Source: an uncultured Pelagibacteraceae bacterium
GTDB taxonomy: Bacteria; Pseudomonadota; Alphaproteobacteria; Pelagibacterales; Pelagibacteraceae
Direction: 5' to 3'
DNA: 60,760 bases
NCBI GenBank assembly: GCA_902516065.1
Contig: CABXXB010000001.1
Location: forward strand, 1 to 60,760
Of the stretch, positions 8,017 to 17,980 are shown piece after piece. The position numbers and the translations under genes are program-made. Within the stretch, counting starts at the first letter, position 1. Every line of letters begins with the position of its first letter. The notes beneath the pieces were generated by a model. It was given only the letters and a program-made list of their open reading frames with translations. It did not search any database and was not told the origin of the DNA.

Positions 8017-9069
8017 ATGATAAACATTAAAAAATTACCATTTATATTATCAATACTATCATTCTTAACTATTTTTGTACCTGCAAATGCTGAAATCAAA
8101 GTAGTTACTTCAATTAAACCAATTCATTCATTAGCGAGTTACTTAATGGATGGAGTAGCTGAACCAGATTTAATAGTAGATGGATATTCTTCACCTCATA
8201 ATTTTGCACTAAAACCATCGCATGCAAAAATGTTACAAAACGCTGATTTAATATTTTGGGTCGGTGAGGATTTGGAAAATTTTTTAGAAAAACCATTAAA
8301 GTCTATTGCTAAAAAAGCTGAGAAAATTGAACTAATGGAAATCAAAGGTTTAACTAAACTTAAATTTAGAGAAAGAAATATTTTTGAAGAACATGACCAT
8401 GGACATAAAGAGGATGACCATGATGATCATGCTAAAAAAGAAGATGATCACGATGACCATGGACATGACGATGAGCATAAAGAGGATGGTCACGATGACC
8501 ACGGTCATGACGACGAGCATAAAGAAGATGGTCACGATGATCACGGTCATGAAGGACACGCGCACGGTGAGCATGATCCACATATTTGGTTGGATCCAAT
8601 GAATGCAAAAGTGATTTTAAGCGAAATGGCAGAGCATTTGATCGAGAATGATCAAAAAAATGAAGCCAAATATAAAGAAAACTTAAAAAAAGCACATAAA
8701 GATTTAGATAAACTAATTAAGAAAGTTAAATCTGAATTAAATAAAGATTTTAAATCAATTGTTTTTCATGATGCTTATCAATACTTTGAAAAAAGATTTG
8801 GAATTAATATTCTTGGTTCATTTACTGTAAATACTGATGTAATGCCTGGAGCTGAACAGTTAACTGAAATAAGAGAAATCATTGAACACGATAAAGTAAG
8901 CTGTGTATTTTCAGAACCACAATTTAATCCTGACATTATAAAAGCTGTAGCAAAAGATACTGATGTTGCAACAGGGGTCATAGATCCATTAGGAGCAACT
9001 CTTAATCCAGGCAAAAATCTTTATTTTGATTTAATTAGCAACATGTCGAAATCTTTCAAAGGTTGTTAA
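8017..9069 (+). CDS. znuA: Zinc ABC transporter substrate-binding protein
   Basis: Signal peptide from ATG 8017; SIKPIHS, SPH, His/Asp-rich loop, DPHIWLDP, FHDAYQYFE, EPQF. Confidence 0.93.
   Translation: MINIKKLPFILSILSFLTIFVPANAEIKVVTSIKPIHSLASYLMDGVAEPDLIVDGYSSPHNFALKPSHAKMLQNADLIFWVGEDLENFLEKPLKSIAKKAEKIELMEIKGLTKLKFRERNIFEEHDHGHKEDDHDDHAKKEDDHDDHGHDDEHKEDGHDDHGHDDEHKEDGHDDHGHEGHAHGEHDPHIWLDPMNAKVILSEMAEHLIENDQKNEAKYKENLKKAHKDLDKLIKKVKSELNKDFKSIVFHDAYQYFEKRFGINILGSFTVNTDVMPGAEQLTEIREIIEHDKVSCVFSEPQFNPDIIKAVAKDTDVATGVIDPLGATLNPGKNLYFDLISNMSKSFKGC
8410..8553 (+). repeat. Coding tandem repeat (42-nt period) encoding the ZnuA His-rich loop
   Basis: Units start at 8440, 8482 and 8524 (E-D-[DG]-H-D-D-H-G-H-D-D-E-H-K), with a partial unit at 8410. 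Confidence 0.85.
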
Positions 9070-9111
9070 ATAAAAATTGATCTTTAGTCATAAATAATAT
9101 CTAATAATAGG

Positions 9112-10110
9112 ATGAGTACAGTTTCTCTTACATTAGATGAAATTTTTGATTTAGCTAAAAAAACATTATTAGCTAACGGATGTGATGATGAAACAGCATC
9201 TATATTGTCCGATTTAATCAGAAATGCTGAACGTGATGGTTCATTATCTCATGGTTTATTTAGATTACCAGCTTATGTGAGTGGTTTAAAAAGTGGAAAA
9301 ATTAATGGTAAAGGAAAACCAGAAGTTCAAAAAGTTTCACCATCAGTAATTAAAGTTACAGGTAACAATTGCTTAGCACCTGTAGTTTTAAATAAGGGTT
9401 TACCTGAATTAGCAAAAGCTGCAAAAGAAAATGGTGTAGCAGTTCTTGCAATCAATAATTCTCATCACATGGCAGCGATGTGGCCTGAAACAGAAAAATT
9501 AGCAGAAGAAGGTTTAGTTGCTTTCGCTTGTACATCTTATAAGCCTGCTGTAGCTCCTGCTGGAGCAATCAAACCATTATTTGGAACAAATCCAATTTCA
9601 TTTGCCTGGCCAAGACCTGGCAAAACTCCAGTTGTTTATGATATGGCAACAGCATCAATGGCGATGGGTGAAGTACAGGTTGCTAAGAGAGAAGGGCATA
9701 AAGTTCCTCTAGGAACTGGTTTAACTAAAGATGGAAAAGAAACAACTGATCCAGGAGCAATAGCTGATGGTGGTGTATTGCTTCCCTTTGGTGGCTATAA
9801 AGGTTCTGCAATTGCAATGATGGTTGAATTAATGGCTGGTGCATTAGTAGGTGATAATTTTAGTTTTGAAACAGCGGCTAAAGATAATAATGATGGTGGT
9901 CCACCAAGTGGAGGAGAATTTATTTTAGCTATATCACCAGATAAAACTGCAGGAACTAACTGGCAAAAACATGCAGATGAATTTTTTGATAAGATGAAAT
10001 CAATGGGTGAAGTAAGATTACCAGGTGAAAGAAGACATAAAAATAGATTAGATAAAGGTCCTCGTAATATAAACGAGGAATTAGTTAATAAAATAAAATC
10101 GTTAAGCTAA
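9112..10110 (+). CDS. Ldh_2 family NAD(P)H oxidoreductase (DpkA/LhpD/ComC-like)
   Basis: SHGLFRL, SHHMAAMWPE, GTNPISFA, DMATAS, LPFGGYKG and RLPGER motifs. Confidence 0.82.
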   Translation: MSTVSLTLDEIFDLAKKTLLANGCDDETASILSDLIRNAERDGSLSHGLFRLPAYVSGLKSGKINGKGKPEVQKVSPSVIKVTGNNCLAPVVLNKGLPELAKAAKENGVAVLAINNSHHMAAMWPETEKLAEEGLVAFACTSYKPAVAPAGAIKPLFGTNPISFAWPRPGKTPVVYDMATASMAMGEVQVAKREGHKVPLGTGLTKDGKETTDPGAIADGGVLLPFGGYKGSAIAMMVELMAGALVGDNFSFETAAKDNNDGGPPSGGEFILAISPDKTAGTNWQKHADEFFDKMKSMGEVRLPGERRHKNRLDKGPRNINEELVNKIKSLS

Positions 10111-10878
10111 TTTAATTTCAATTGGAGTGTGGTCAGAGGGTTTTTCTCTTCCTCTAGGATCTTTATTAATATTTATAGACTTAATTTGATCAATTAAAGA
10201 GTTTGAAGCTAGAAAATGATCTATTCTCATTCCATTATTTTTTTGCCAAGCACCTCTCATATAATCCCAATAGGTATAACCTTCTTTAGTTTCATTAAAA
10301 TGTCTGTAAACATCACCAAATCCTAAATTTAGCATTTCTCTAAATTTTTTTCTTATCTCTAGTCTATATAGAGCATCATCTTCAAAACTTTTTACATTAT
10401 AAACATCTTCAGCAGCTGGTATTACGTTAAAATCACCTGCAATAATTATATTAGAATTTTTTTTAGATAATGTTTTTAGTTGCTTGATTAATTGATCCAT
10501 CCAATCTTTTTTATAATCATATTTTTCAGTATCAACTGGATTGCCATTCGGGGTATATACATTTATTAATTGAATAATTTTTTTCTTATACTCAACCTCA
10601 GCAGAAATAATTCTTGATTGCTTTAATTTATCTTTAATTAAATCTGTTCTAATATTTTTTAGTTTACCTTTAGATATAATTGCAACTCCATTATAACTTT
10701 TTTGACCAAAAACATGACTTTCATAATCCATTGAAGAAAAATCATCATAAGGAAAATTTACATCCTCAGTTTTAATTTCCTGCATCATTAAAATATCTGG
10801 CTTGTACTTTAAAAGATAACTTTTGATATTTTCAATTCGAGCACGTACTGAATTTACATTCCATGATGAAATGAGCAT
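10102..10878 (-). CDS. xth: Exodeoxyribonuclease III
   Basis: SWNVNSVRAR, QEIK, GDFNV, RIDH and SDHTP; start placed at ATG 10878, overlapping the upstream stop. Confidence 0.93.
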   Translation of the reverse strand: MLISSWNVNSVRARIENIKSYLLKYKPDILMMQEIKTEDVNFPYDDFSSMDYESHVFGQKSYNGVAIISKGKLKNIRTDLIKDKLKQSRIISAEVEYKKKIIQLINVYTPNGNPVDTEKYDYKKDWMDQLIKQLKTLSKKNSNIIIAGDFNVIPAAEDVYNVKSFEDDALYRLEIRKKFREMLNLGFGDVYRHFNETKEGYTYWDYMRGAWQKNNGMRIDHFLASNSLIDQIKSININKDPRGREKPSDHTPIEIKLA

Positions 10879-11195
10879 TAAAGAGAAAAGGAAACACCAC
10901 AACCACAAGAAGATTTTGTTTGTGGATTAGTAATTTTAAATTGTTCACCTATTAATTCTGAAACATAGTCAATTTCTGAACCTTTTAAGAGATCAGCTGA
11001 GGCTTTATCAATTAGTATATTTTCGAAGCTAAGATCATCTTTGTCCATTGATTGATCAAAGGTAAATTCATATTGAAAACCAGAGCAACCACCACCTTTA
11101 ATAGCGATTCTAAAAAAAGAACCCTTATCTTTTTTAGATAATAGGGTATTGATCTGTTTTAGAGCTTTATCAGTAAATTTAATTTCTTTTATCAT
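10878..11195 (-). CDS. erpA: A-type Fe-S cluster carrier (ErpA/IscA/HesB)
   Basis: GGGCSGFQY and SSCGCGVSF; conserved position between xth and dgt. Confidence 0.85.
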   Translation of the reverse strand: MIKEIKFTDKALKQINTLLSKKDKGSFFRIAIKGGGCSGFQYEFTFDQSMDKDDLSFENILIDKASADLLKGSEIDYVSELIGEQFKITNPQTKSSCGCGVSFSL

Positions 11196-11245
11196 TATTG
11201 ATCACTGGTATTACTAATATAGTACTTAATATTTTATTTTAAAGG

Positions 11246-12361
11246 ATGAAAAAATACTCAAAGATTGGACTATTTAAAAGTAAAGGTAGGATTTTTAAAG
11301 AATCTTTATCTAAATATAGAACTCCATTTCAAAGAGACAGAGATCGTATAATTCACAGCGCCTCATTCAGGAGGCTCAAACACAAAACTCAAGTATTTGT
11401 TAATACCGAAGGCGATCATTATAGAACAAGAATTACTCATTCCATGGAAGTCGCTCAAATTGCAAGATCCATTGCTAGATATCTTAATCTTAATGAAGAT
11501 TTAGCAGAAACTTTGAGTTTGGCGCATGATTTAGGTCATACCCCATTTGGACATGCTGGGGAAGATTCTTTAGACGAATGTATGCAAGATCATGGAGGGT
11601 TCGATCATAACTTACAAACTTTAAGAATCATTATGTTCTTAGAAAATAAATATCTAAAATTTAATGGTTTAAATCTTTCTATTGAAACTTTAGAAGGACT
11701 ATTAAAACATAATGGACCAGTAGATAACCTTAATTTAGTTGATGATTTAATAGGCATTAGAAATTTCAAAGGTATGATCAATTTTAATACGTATCCATCA
11801 TTAGAAGCACAAATTTCAGCAATTTCTGATGATATAGCTTATAATAATCATGATATTCAAGATGGAATAAATGCAAACTTATTTAAATTAGAAGAATTGG
11901 TTGAGATTGATTTCTTCAAAGATATCTACAAAAAATACAAAAAAAAAATCAATAAACATAATTATAAAGTGGCAACTTATCAGATTATTAGAGACTCTAT
12001 AGACCAAATGATAAAAGATTTAATAAATAATACAAAAAATAACATAAGATTAAACAATATTAAAAAATTCAAAGACATTAATAAAACAAGTTTTCTAATG
12101 GTCAATTTTTCTGATAAAATTAAGAATTCTGAAAATGAAATAAGAAATTTTTTAAGAACAAAAATGTACAATAATAAAAATGTTTTAGCAAAAAATAATA
12201 AAGGTAAATTGATTATAAAAAAATTATTCAATAAGATAAAACAAAATCCAAAAAAATTTATATCAAATCAACAACTATCTAAAGGTAAATATAGAGCAAT
12301 TTCGGACTTTATATCAGGCATGACAGATAGATATGCAATTAATCTTTTTAATAAAAACTAA
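11246..12361 (+). CDS. dgt: dGTP triphosphohydrolase
   Basis: FQRDRDRIIHS..FRRLKHKTQV, HDLGHTPFGHAGE, DDIAY and GMTD. Confidence 0.93.
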   Translation: MKKYSKIGLFKSKGRIFKESLSKYRTPFQRDRDRIIHSASFRRLKHKTQVFVNTEGDHYRTRITHSMEVAQIARSIARYLNLNEDLAETLSLAHDLGHTPFGHAGEDSLDECMQDHGGFDHNLQTLRIIMFLENKYLKFNGLNLSIETLEGLLKHNGPVDNLNLVDDLIGIRNFKGMINFNTYPSLEAQISAISDDIAYNNHDIQDGINANLFKLEELVEIDFFKDIYKKYKKKINKHNYKVATYQIIRDSIDQMIKDLINNTKNNIRLNNIKKFKDINKTSFLMVNFSDKIKNSENEIRNFLRTKMYNNKNVLAKNNKGKLIIKKLFNKIKQNPKKFISNQQLSKGKYRAISDFISGMTDRYAINLFNKN

Positions 12362-14094
12362 TGAACATTTTTGATAAATATTTAGATAAAATTAAAAACA
12401 TTTTGTTAGATTTGTCTAAAAATGGTGATTTAATTTTGCCAGATAAATTAGATGGAATTACTACCGAGATACCTCCTGTAAAATTTAATAGTGATATTTC
12501 AACAAATGTTGCAATGGTTTTATCTAAAGCAAATAATAAAAATCCAACAGATTTAGCTGTTACTTTAGCTAAAGCAATTAAAGAAAGTGATAATTTGATC
12601 GATGATATATCAATAATTAAACCAGGTTTTATTAATATTAAATTTAAAGTAATTTTTTGGACAAATTTTATTGAAGAAATAATCAAGAATTCTAAAACTT
12701 TCGGAGTTAATACAAAAGAAAAAAAAAATAATTATTTGGTTGAATTTGTTTCAGCTAATCCAACAGGACCCTTGCACGTAGGTCACTGTAGAGGTGCAAT
12801 TCTAGGTGATGTTATCACTAATGTTTTATTATTTAATAAACATAAAGTTACAAAAGAATATTATGTTAATGATTATGGTAACCAGATTATAAATTTTACG
12901 AAGTCTGTTTATTTTAGAATTAGAGAGATTGCTTATAAAGAGCCTTTTCCTAAAGATAATGATGATTTATATCCTGGTGATTACTTAATAGATTTTGCTC
13001 AAAATATAATAAATTCAAATAAAAAAATTGATTTTAATAATTATGAAAAAATATCTGAAGAATTGATAACTTTATCTATAGAAGAAGCGTTAAAATTAAT
13101 CAAAAGTAACCTAAATATTATGGGGATTAATCATGATAATTTTATAAGTGAAAAAAACTTAGTTAAAAATCAAGAGGTAGAAAAAGTTATTGATTATCTT
13201 CAAAAAAAGGCGTTTGTTTATAAAGGAACAATCAAAGCACCCGAAGGTGAAGACAATGAAAAGTGGGTTGAAAGAGAACAATTACTTTTTAAATCAACAG
13301 ATTTTGGTGATGATAAAGATAGAGCTCTACAAAAATCTGACGGTACTTGGACTTACTTTGCTAGTGATGTTGCTTATCATAAGAATAAGTTAGATAGAAA
13401 ATTTGATTATTTAATTAATATATTAGGAGCTGATCATGCAGGTTATATTAAAAGGATTTCTTCTTCTGTAGATGCATTATCAGGAGAAAAAAATAAATTA
13501 ATTTGTAAAGTTAGTCAGCTTGTTAAACTTATTAAAGAAAAGAAACCCTTTAAAATGTCAAAAAGAAAAGGAGACTATATTACTGTTGATGACCTTATCA
13601 AAGAAGTTGGTAGGGATGCTACTAGATTTATAATGCTTAACAGAAGTAGTGATGTTGAATTAGATTTCGATTTTGACTCGGTTAAAGAAAAATCTAAAGA
13701 TAATCCACTTTATTACGTTCAATATTGTTACGCAAGAATTTCCTCAGTATTTAGACATCTCAATAAAGATTTAAATTTAGATATTAAACTAGATAACTAT
13801 AAATTTGAATATTCAAATGATGAAATTAAAATTTTAAAGAAAATTTCAGAATGGCCAAAATGTATTGATAGTGCAAGTAGTAAACTTGAACCTCATCGTA
13901 TACCAGTTTATCTGTATGAATTAGCATCAGAATTTCACTCATATTGGAATTTAGGAAAACAACATCCCGAAAAAAGATTTATTAACGATCAAAAAAGTAT
14001 TTCACCAAATAAACTAATTTTTTTAAAAGCAATCTCTAACGTTATCAAATCTGGAATGGATATTGTTGGAGTTGACACACCAGATAAAATGTAA
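12361..14094 (+). CDS. argS: Arginine--tRNA ligase
   Basis: EFVSANPTGPLHVGH, GADHAGY, MSKRKG and YVQYCYAR. Confidence 0.96.
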   Translation: MNIFDKYLDKIKNILLDLSKNGDLILPDKLDGITTEIPPVKFNSDISTNVAMVLSKANNKNPTDLAVTLAKAIKESDNLIDDISIIKPGFINIKFKVIFWTNFIEEIIKNSKTFGVNTKEKKNNYLVEFVSANPTGPLHVGHCRGAILGDVITNVLLFNKHKVTKEYYVNDYGNQIINFTKSVYFRIREIAYKEPFPKDNDDLYPGDYLIDFAQNIINSNKKIDFNNYEKISEELITLSIEEALKLIKSNLNIMGINHDNFISEKNLVKNQEVEKVIDYLQKKAFVYKGTIKAPEGEDNEKWVEREQLLFKSTDFGDDKDRALQKSDGTWTYFASDVAYHKNKLDRKFDYLINILGADHAGYIKRISSSVDALSGEKNKLICKVSQLVKLIKEKKPFKMSKRKGDYITVDDLIKEVGRDATRFIMLNRSSDVELDFDFDSVKEKSKDNPLYYVQYCYARISSVFRHLNKDLNLDIKLDNYKFEYSNDEIKILKKISEWPKCIDSASSKLEPHRIPVYLYELASEFHSYWNLGKQHPEKRFINDQKSISPNKLIFLKAISNVIKSGMDIVGVDTPDKM

Positions 14095-14357
14095 TGATCA
14101 GAGAGGTAAAATATTTAATTTTTGTAATTATAATCATTCTTTTTATTTTTTTTGTAAGTAAATATTATTTTTCTGATTCTCATAAAAAAAAATCTTATAG
14201 ATCTCTTTCAAATATTGATAAGAAAATAAACCTATATTCTAAAAATTTACCGGTTTTAACAAGTGATACAAAAAATATTATTGAATATGTAAATAATGAT
14301 AAAACTAAGAAAAAGAAAAAATATCTTTTTTGGAAACTTATAAATAAAGATGATTAA
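14094..14357 (+). CDS. Small single-TM hypothetical protein
   Basis: 87 aa with N-terminal TM; overlaps the argS stop and nagZ start. Confidence 0.7.
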   Translation: MIREVKYLIFVIIIILFIFFVSKYYFSDSHKKKSYRSLSNIDKKINLYSKNLPVLTSDTKNIIEYVNNDKTKKKKKYLFWKLINKDD

Positions 14358-15297
14358 TCGAAAATCATTTATAACAGGGATTAAAGGAACAAAACTTAGT
14401 AATCAAGAAATTAGTTTCTTGTATCAATACAAGCCCTGGGGCGTCATTTTATTTTCTAGAAATTTAAAAAATACAAACCAAGTTAAAAATTTAACAATGA
14501 ATATTAGAAAAATTTTTAGAGATAAAAAATATCCAATTATGATCGATCAAGAAGGTGGTAGGGTCAATCGATTAGAGAAATTTATTTCACTAGACAATTT
14601 AACCTCAGAATATTTTGGTAATTTGTTCAATAAAAATAGACAATTATTCAATCTTATTTATAAATTATATATTGACCAAACTAGTAATCTTCTTATTAAA
14701 ATGGGTATAAACATCAATACAGTCCCTGTATTAGATTTAAGATACAAAGGAAGTTCAAATATAATCGGGGATCGTTCTTATTCGAAAAATCCAAAAATAG
14801 TTTCACAAATTGGTGATATATGTATTAAAAGTTTCAAAAATAATTCAATTGGGACTGTTATAAAACACATTCCTGGACATGGTTTAGCAAAGGTGGATAG
14901 TCATAATTTTACTCCAATAATAAATAAATCCAAAAATTATTTAAATAAAAGAGATTTTAAAATATTTAAATCAAAAAACTCACTATTTGCAATGACCGCC
15001 CATGTTATTTTTAAAAAAATTGATCCTAACAATACCGTAACACACTCAAAAAAAATTATTAAAATTATTAGAGATCAGATTAAATTTAAAAACATATTGA
15101 TTTCAGATGATCTTTCTATGAAAAGTTTAAAGTATCCACTAAAGCAAAATACCATTAAAGCTTTTGATGCAGGTTGTAATTTAGCATTGCATTGTAATGG
15201 AAACTTAAAAGAAATGAGTATTGTCGCTGAGAATTCACCTAAACTAAACTCATTTATATTAAAAAAAACATCAGAATTTTATAAAAATTTAAGCTAA
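14350..15297 (+). CDS. nagZ: Beta-N-acetylhexosaminidase (GH3)
   Basis: IDQEGGRVNRL, KHIPGHG...DSH and SDDLSM. Confidence 0.92.
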   Translation: MINRKSFITGIKGTKLSNQEISFLYQYKPWGVILFSRNLKNTNQVKNLTMNIRKIFRDKKYPIMIDQEGGRVNRLEKFISLDNLTSEYFGNLFNKNRQLFNLIYKLYIDQTSNLLIKMGININTVPVLDLRYKGSSNIIGDRSYSKNPKIVSQIGDICIKSFKNNSIGTVIKHIPGHGLAKVDSHNFTPIINKSKNYLNKRDFKIFKSKNSLFAMTAHVIFKKIDPNNTVTHSKKIIKIIRDQIKFKNILISDDLSMKSLKYPLKQNTIKAFDAGCNLALHCNGNLKEMSIVAENSPKLNSFILKKTSEFYKNLS

Positions 15298-15306
15298 TAT
15301 TATTAA

Positions 15307-16047
15307 ATGATCGAATCTAACTCTTCTTTATTTAATGTGGATGTTGATAACTATAATGGTTCCCTTGATGTTCTTTTGGATTTAGCCAAAGCCCAAAAGG
15401 TTAATCTTGAAGAAATTTCAATAACTAAATTGGCTGATCAATTTCATGATTATATTTCAAATAAAAAAGATCTTAACCTTGAAATTGCTTCTGAATATCT
15501 TTTAATGGCTACATGGTTGGCTTATTTAAAATCTAAATTATTATTACCAGGCACTCCCGATGAGGAATTTAAAGTACAAGAAGTAGCAGAAAAACTGAAA
15601 CTTCAATTAAAAAAATTAGAATTAATTCGTTTATTATCTGACCAAATGCTTAAAAGAAAAAGACTTGGACGTGAAATTAGAACTAGAGGTATGAAAGGTA
15701 ATATAAGATCAATATATAGTGGTGAATACAAAATAAATTTGTTTGAACTACTTAAATCTTATTCATCTATTATTATGACAAAAGATTTTCAAAAAATAAA
15801 TATACCAAAGTTACCAGTTTTCACTACAGAAGATGGAATTAAAACTATAAAAGATTTTTTTGGAAAATTAATGAATTGGAAAAATTTAGACGAATTGATA
15901 CCTTATAATTTTAAAAAAGGTAAAAAATATAGAAAAACTGGCAAGGCTGGAATTTTTGCTGGTTCTTTAGAACTTGCTAAAGAAGGTAATCTTAAAATAA
16001 AACAAGATAAACTATTTGATGATATTTATATAAAAGAAAATTTATGA
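15307..16047 (+). CDS. scpA: Segregation and condensation protein A
   Basis: GSLDVLLDL and EYLLMATWLAYLKSKLLLP. Confidence 0.92.
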   Translation: MIESNSSLFNVDVDNYNGSLDVLLDLAKAQKVNLEEISITKLADQFHDYISNKKDLNLEIASEYLLMATWLAYLKSKLLLPGTPDEEFKVQEVAEKLKLQLKKLELIRLLSDQMLKRKRLGREIRTRGMKGNIRSIYSGEYKINLFELLKSYSSIIMTKDFQKINIPKLPVFTTEDGIKTIKDFFGKLMNWKNLDELIPYNFKKGKKYRKTGKAGIFAGSLELAKEGNLKIKQDKLFDDIYIKENL

Positions 16048-16745
16048 ATAAAAAAAAAATAACAAAAGATTATAATGTAGTTAATTTCCCTTCCAAATTA
16101 ACATCTGTAGAAAAAGAAATAGAAGCAATAATTTTTGCAGCAGCAGAACCTTTAGATGTTGATACTATAGAGAGCAAACTTTCAAAAAAAATTAATATTG
16201 AAAAATCTTTAGAAAAATTACAAAGAGAATATTCAAACCGGGGAATAAATCTAATTTGTATTTCTAAAAAATGGTCTTTTAGAACATCCCCAAATTTGTC
16301 AAATTTGATGACTCAAGAAAAAACAGTTGAAAAAAAATTATCTAAGGCTGCTATAGAAACTTTATCAATTATAGTTTATCATCAACCTGTAACAAGGGCC
16401 GAAATAGAAGAAATAAGGGGTGTTGCTTTTGGTACAAACACGCTAGATATTTTGATGGAACTTAATTGGGTCAAACCAGGTGGGCGAAAAGATATTCCAG
16501 GAAAACCTATTCAGTATGTAACTACAGAGGATTTTTTAAGCCATTTTAACTTACAAAAATTATCTGATTTACCGACTGTTGACGAGCTTGGTGCAGCAGG
16601 TTTAATCGATACTACTAGTGTTGATAACGCTATATTTGGTTCTGGAAAATTCTATAAAGAAAAACAAGATGAAAAAAAAGAGGATATTTATTCAAATATT
16701 GACGAAATGTTAAATAGCACTCTTGAAAATAAAGATAATAAATAA
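16044..16745 (+). CDS. scpB: Segregation and condensation protein B
   Basis: [29 protein letters not shown] and TTEDFLSHF. Confidence 0.93.
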   Translation: MNKKKITKDYNVVNFPSKLTSVEKEIEAIIFAAAEPLDVDTIESKLSKKINIEKSLEKLQREYSNRGINLICISKKWSFRTSPNLSNLMTQEKTVEKKLSKAAIETLSIIVYHQPVTRAEIEEIRGVAFGTNTLDILMELNWVKPGGRKDIPGKPIQYVTTEDFLSHFNLQKLSDLPTVDELGAAGLIDTTSVDNAIFGSGKFYKEKQDEKKEDIYSNIDEMLNSTLENKDNK

Positions 16746-16789
16746 AAAGTCACTTTCAAAAATTTTATAAACAGGATATAAAGTTTCAT

Positions 16790-16990
16790 ATGAGTATAGG
16801 AATTTGGCAAATTGCAGTTGTAGTAATTTTAGTAGTTTTACTTTTTGGAAGAGGTAAAATATCTAGTTTAATGGGTGATGTTGCTAAAGGAATAAAAAGT
16901 TTTAAAAAAGGTATGGCATCTGATGTAACAGATGAATCAGATCCTAAAAATATTTCCGAAAATAAACAAGATCCAGAAAATAAAGATTAA
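16790..16990 (+). CDS. tatA: Tat translocase subunit A
   Basis: [26 protein letters not shown]. Confidence 0.93.
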   Translation: MSIGIWQIAVVVILVVLLFGRGKISSLMGDVAKGIKSFKKGMASDVTDESDPKNISENKQDPENKD

Positions 16991-16995
16991 ATCAC

Positions 16996-17217
16996 ATGCC
17001 TACTATTGGTTGGTTTGAGATTTTAATTGTTGCTGCAATAGCAATAATTGTTTTAGGTCCTAAGGATTTTCCTGTCATGTTAAAAAAAGTTGGATCCTGG
17101 GTGGGGACTACGAAAAAATATATAAATAATATTCAAAATGAAGTTTCTAATATTGATTTAGAAGATAATGATATTCAAAAAAAAGAAGATACAAAAAAAG
17201 AAGATAAAGATGCGTAA
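16996..17217 (+). CDS. tatB: Tat translocase subunit B
   Basis: IGWFEIL...VLGPKDFP. Confidence 0.9.
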   Translation: MPTIGWFEILIVAAIAIIVLGPKDFPVMLKKVGSWVGTTKKYINNIQNEVSNIDLEDNDIQKKEDTKKEDKDA

Positions 17218-17980
17218 TGAAGATCAAGAAAGTGGTTTTATTAGCCATTTAGCTGAACTTAGAAAAAGATTGATTCATAGTTTCATTTTTTTAATAGTTT
17301 TTTTTCTATTTTGTTATTTATTTGCTGAACATCTCTATGGTTTTTTAGTCGATCCATTTGCCCAAGCTGTAAAAGATGATGGGACAGATAGAAGACTTAT
17401 ATTTACAGCATTACAAGAAACTTTTCTTACATATTTGAAGGTGTCGTTTTTTGCAGCCTTTTTTATAACATGTCCTTTTATACTAATACAAATTTGGAAA
17501 TTTATTGCACCTGGACTTTATAAACATGAAAAAACAGCAATTCTTCCGTATTTAATATTAACACCAATATTATTTTTTTTAGGGGGTATGCTTGTTTATT
17601 ATCTGATTATGCCATTAGCTATTAAGTTTTTTTTATCATTTGAAAGTTCGGGTTTGTCAACAAATTTACCCATTCAATTAGAAGCCAAAGTAAACGAATA
17701 TCTTTCTTTGGTAATGAAATTAATATTTGCTTTTGGTATCAGTTTCCAATTACCTGTTGTTTTAAGTTTATTAGCTAGAGTTGGTGTGGTTGACTCTCAA
17801 TTCTTAAAGACAAGAAGAAAATACGTTATTGTTATAATTTTTGCAGCAGCAGCTTTATTGACACCACCAGATCCAATTACTCAGATAGGTTTAGCAATAC
17901 CATTATTAATTCTATATGAATTATCTATTTTTTCAGTAAAATTTATAGAAAATAAGAATTTAGAAAGAAACGATGCATAA
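17210..17980 (+). CDS. tatC: Tat translocase subunit C
   Basis: HLAELRKRL, FIAPGLYKHE, FQLP and TPPDPITQ; start placed at ATG 17210. Confidence 0.94.
   Translation: MRNEDQESGFISHLAELRKRLIHSFIFLIVFFLFCYLFAEHLYGFLVDPFAQAVKDDGTDRRLIFTALQETFLTYLKVSFFAAFFITCPFILIQIWKFIAPGLYKHEKTAILPYLILTPILFFLGGMLVYYLIMPLAIKFFLSFESSGLSTNLPIQLEAKVNEYLSLVMKLIFAFGISFQLPVVLSLLARVGVVDSQFLKTRRKYVIVIIFAAAALLTPPDPITQIGLAIPLLILYELSIFSVKFIENKNLERNDA

Noticed and set aside
8114-9014. Alternative-frame and antisense ORFs in znuA, and a CRISPR-like reading of the repeat
   Set aside because: By-products of the stop-poor His/Asp codon repeat; units are contiguous with no unique spacers and no cas genes
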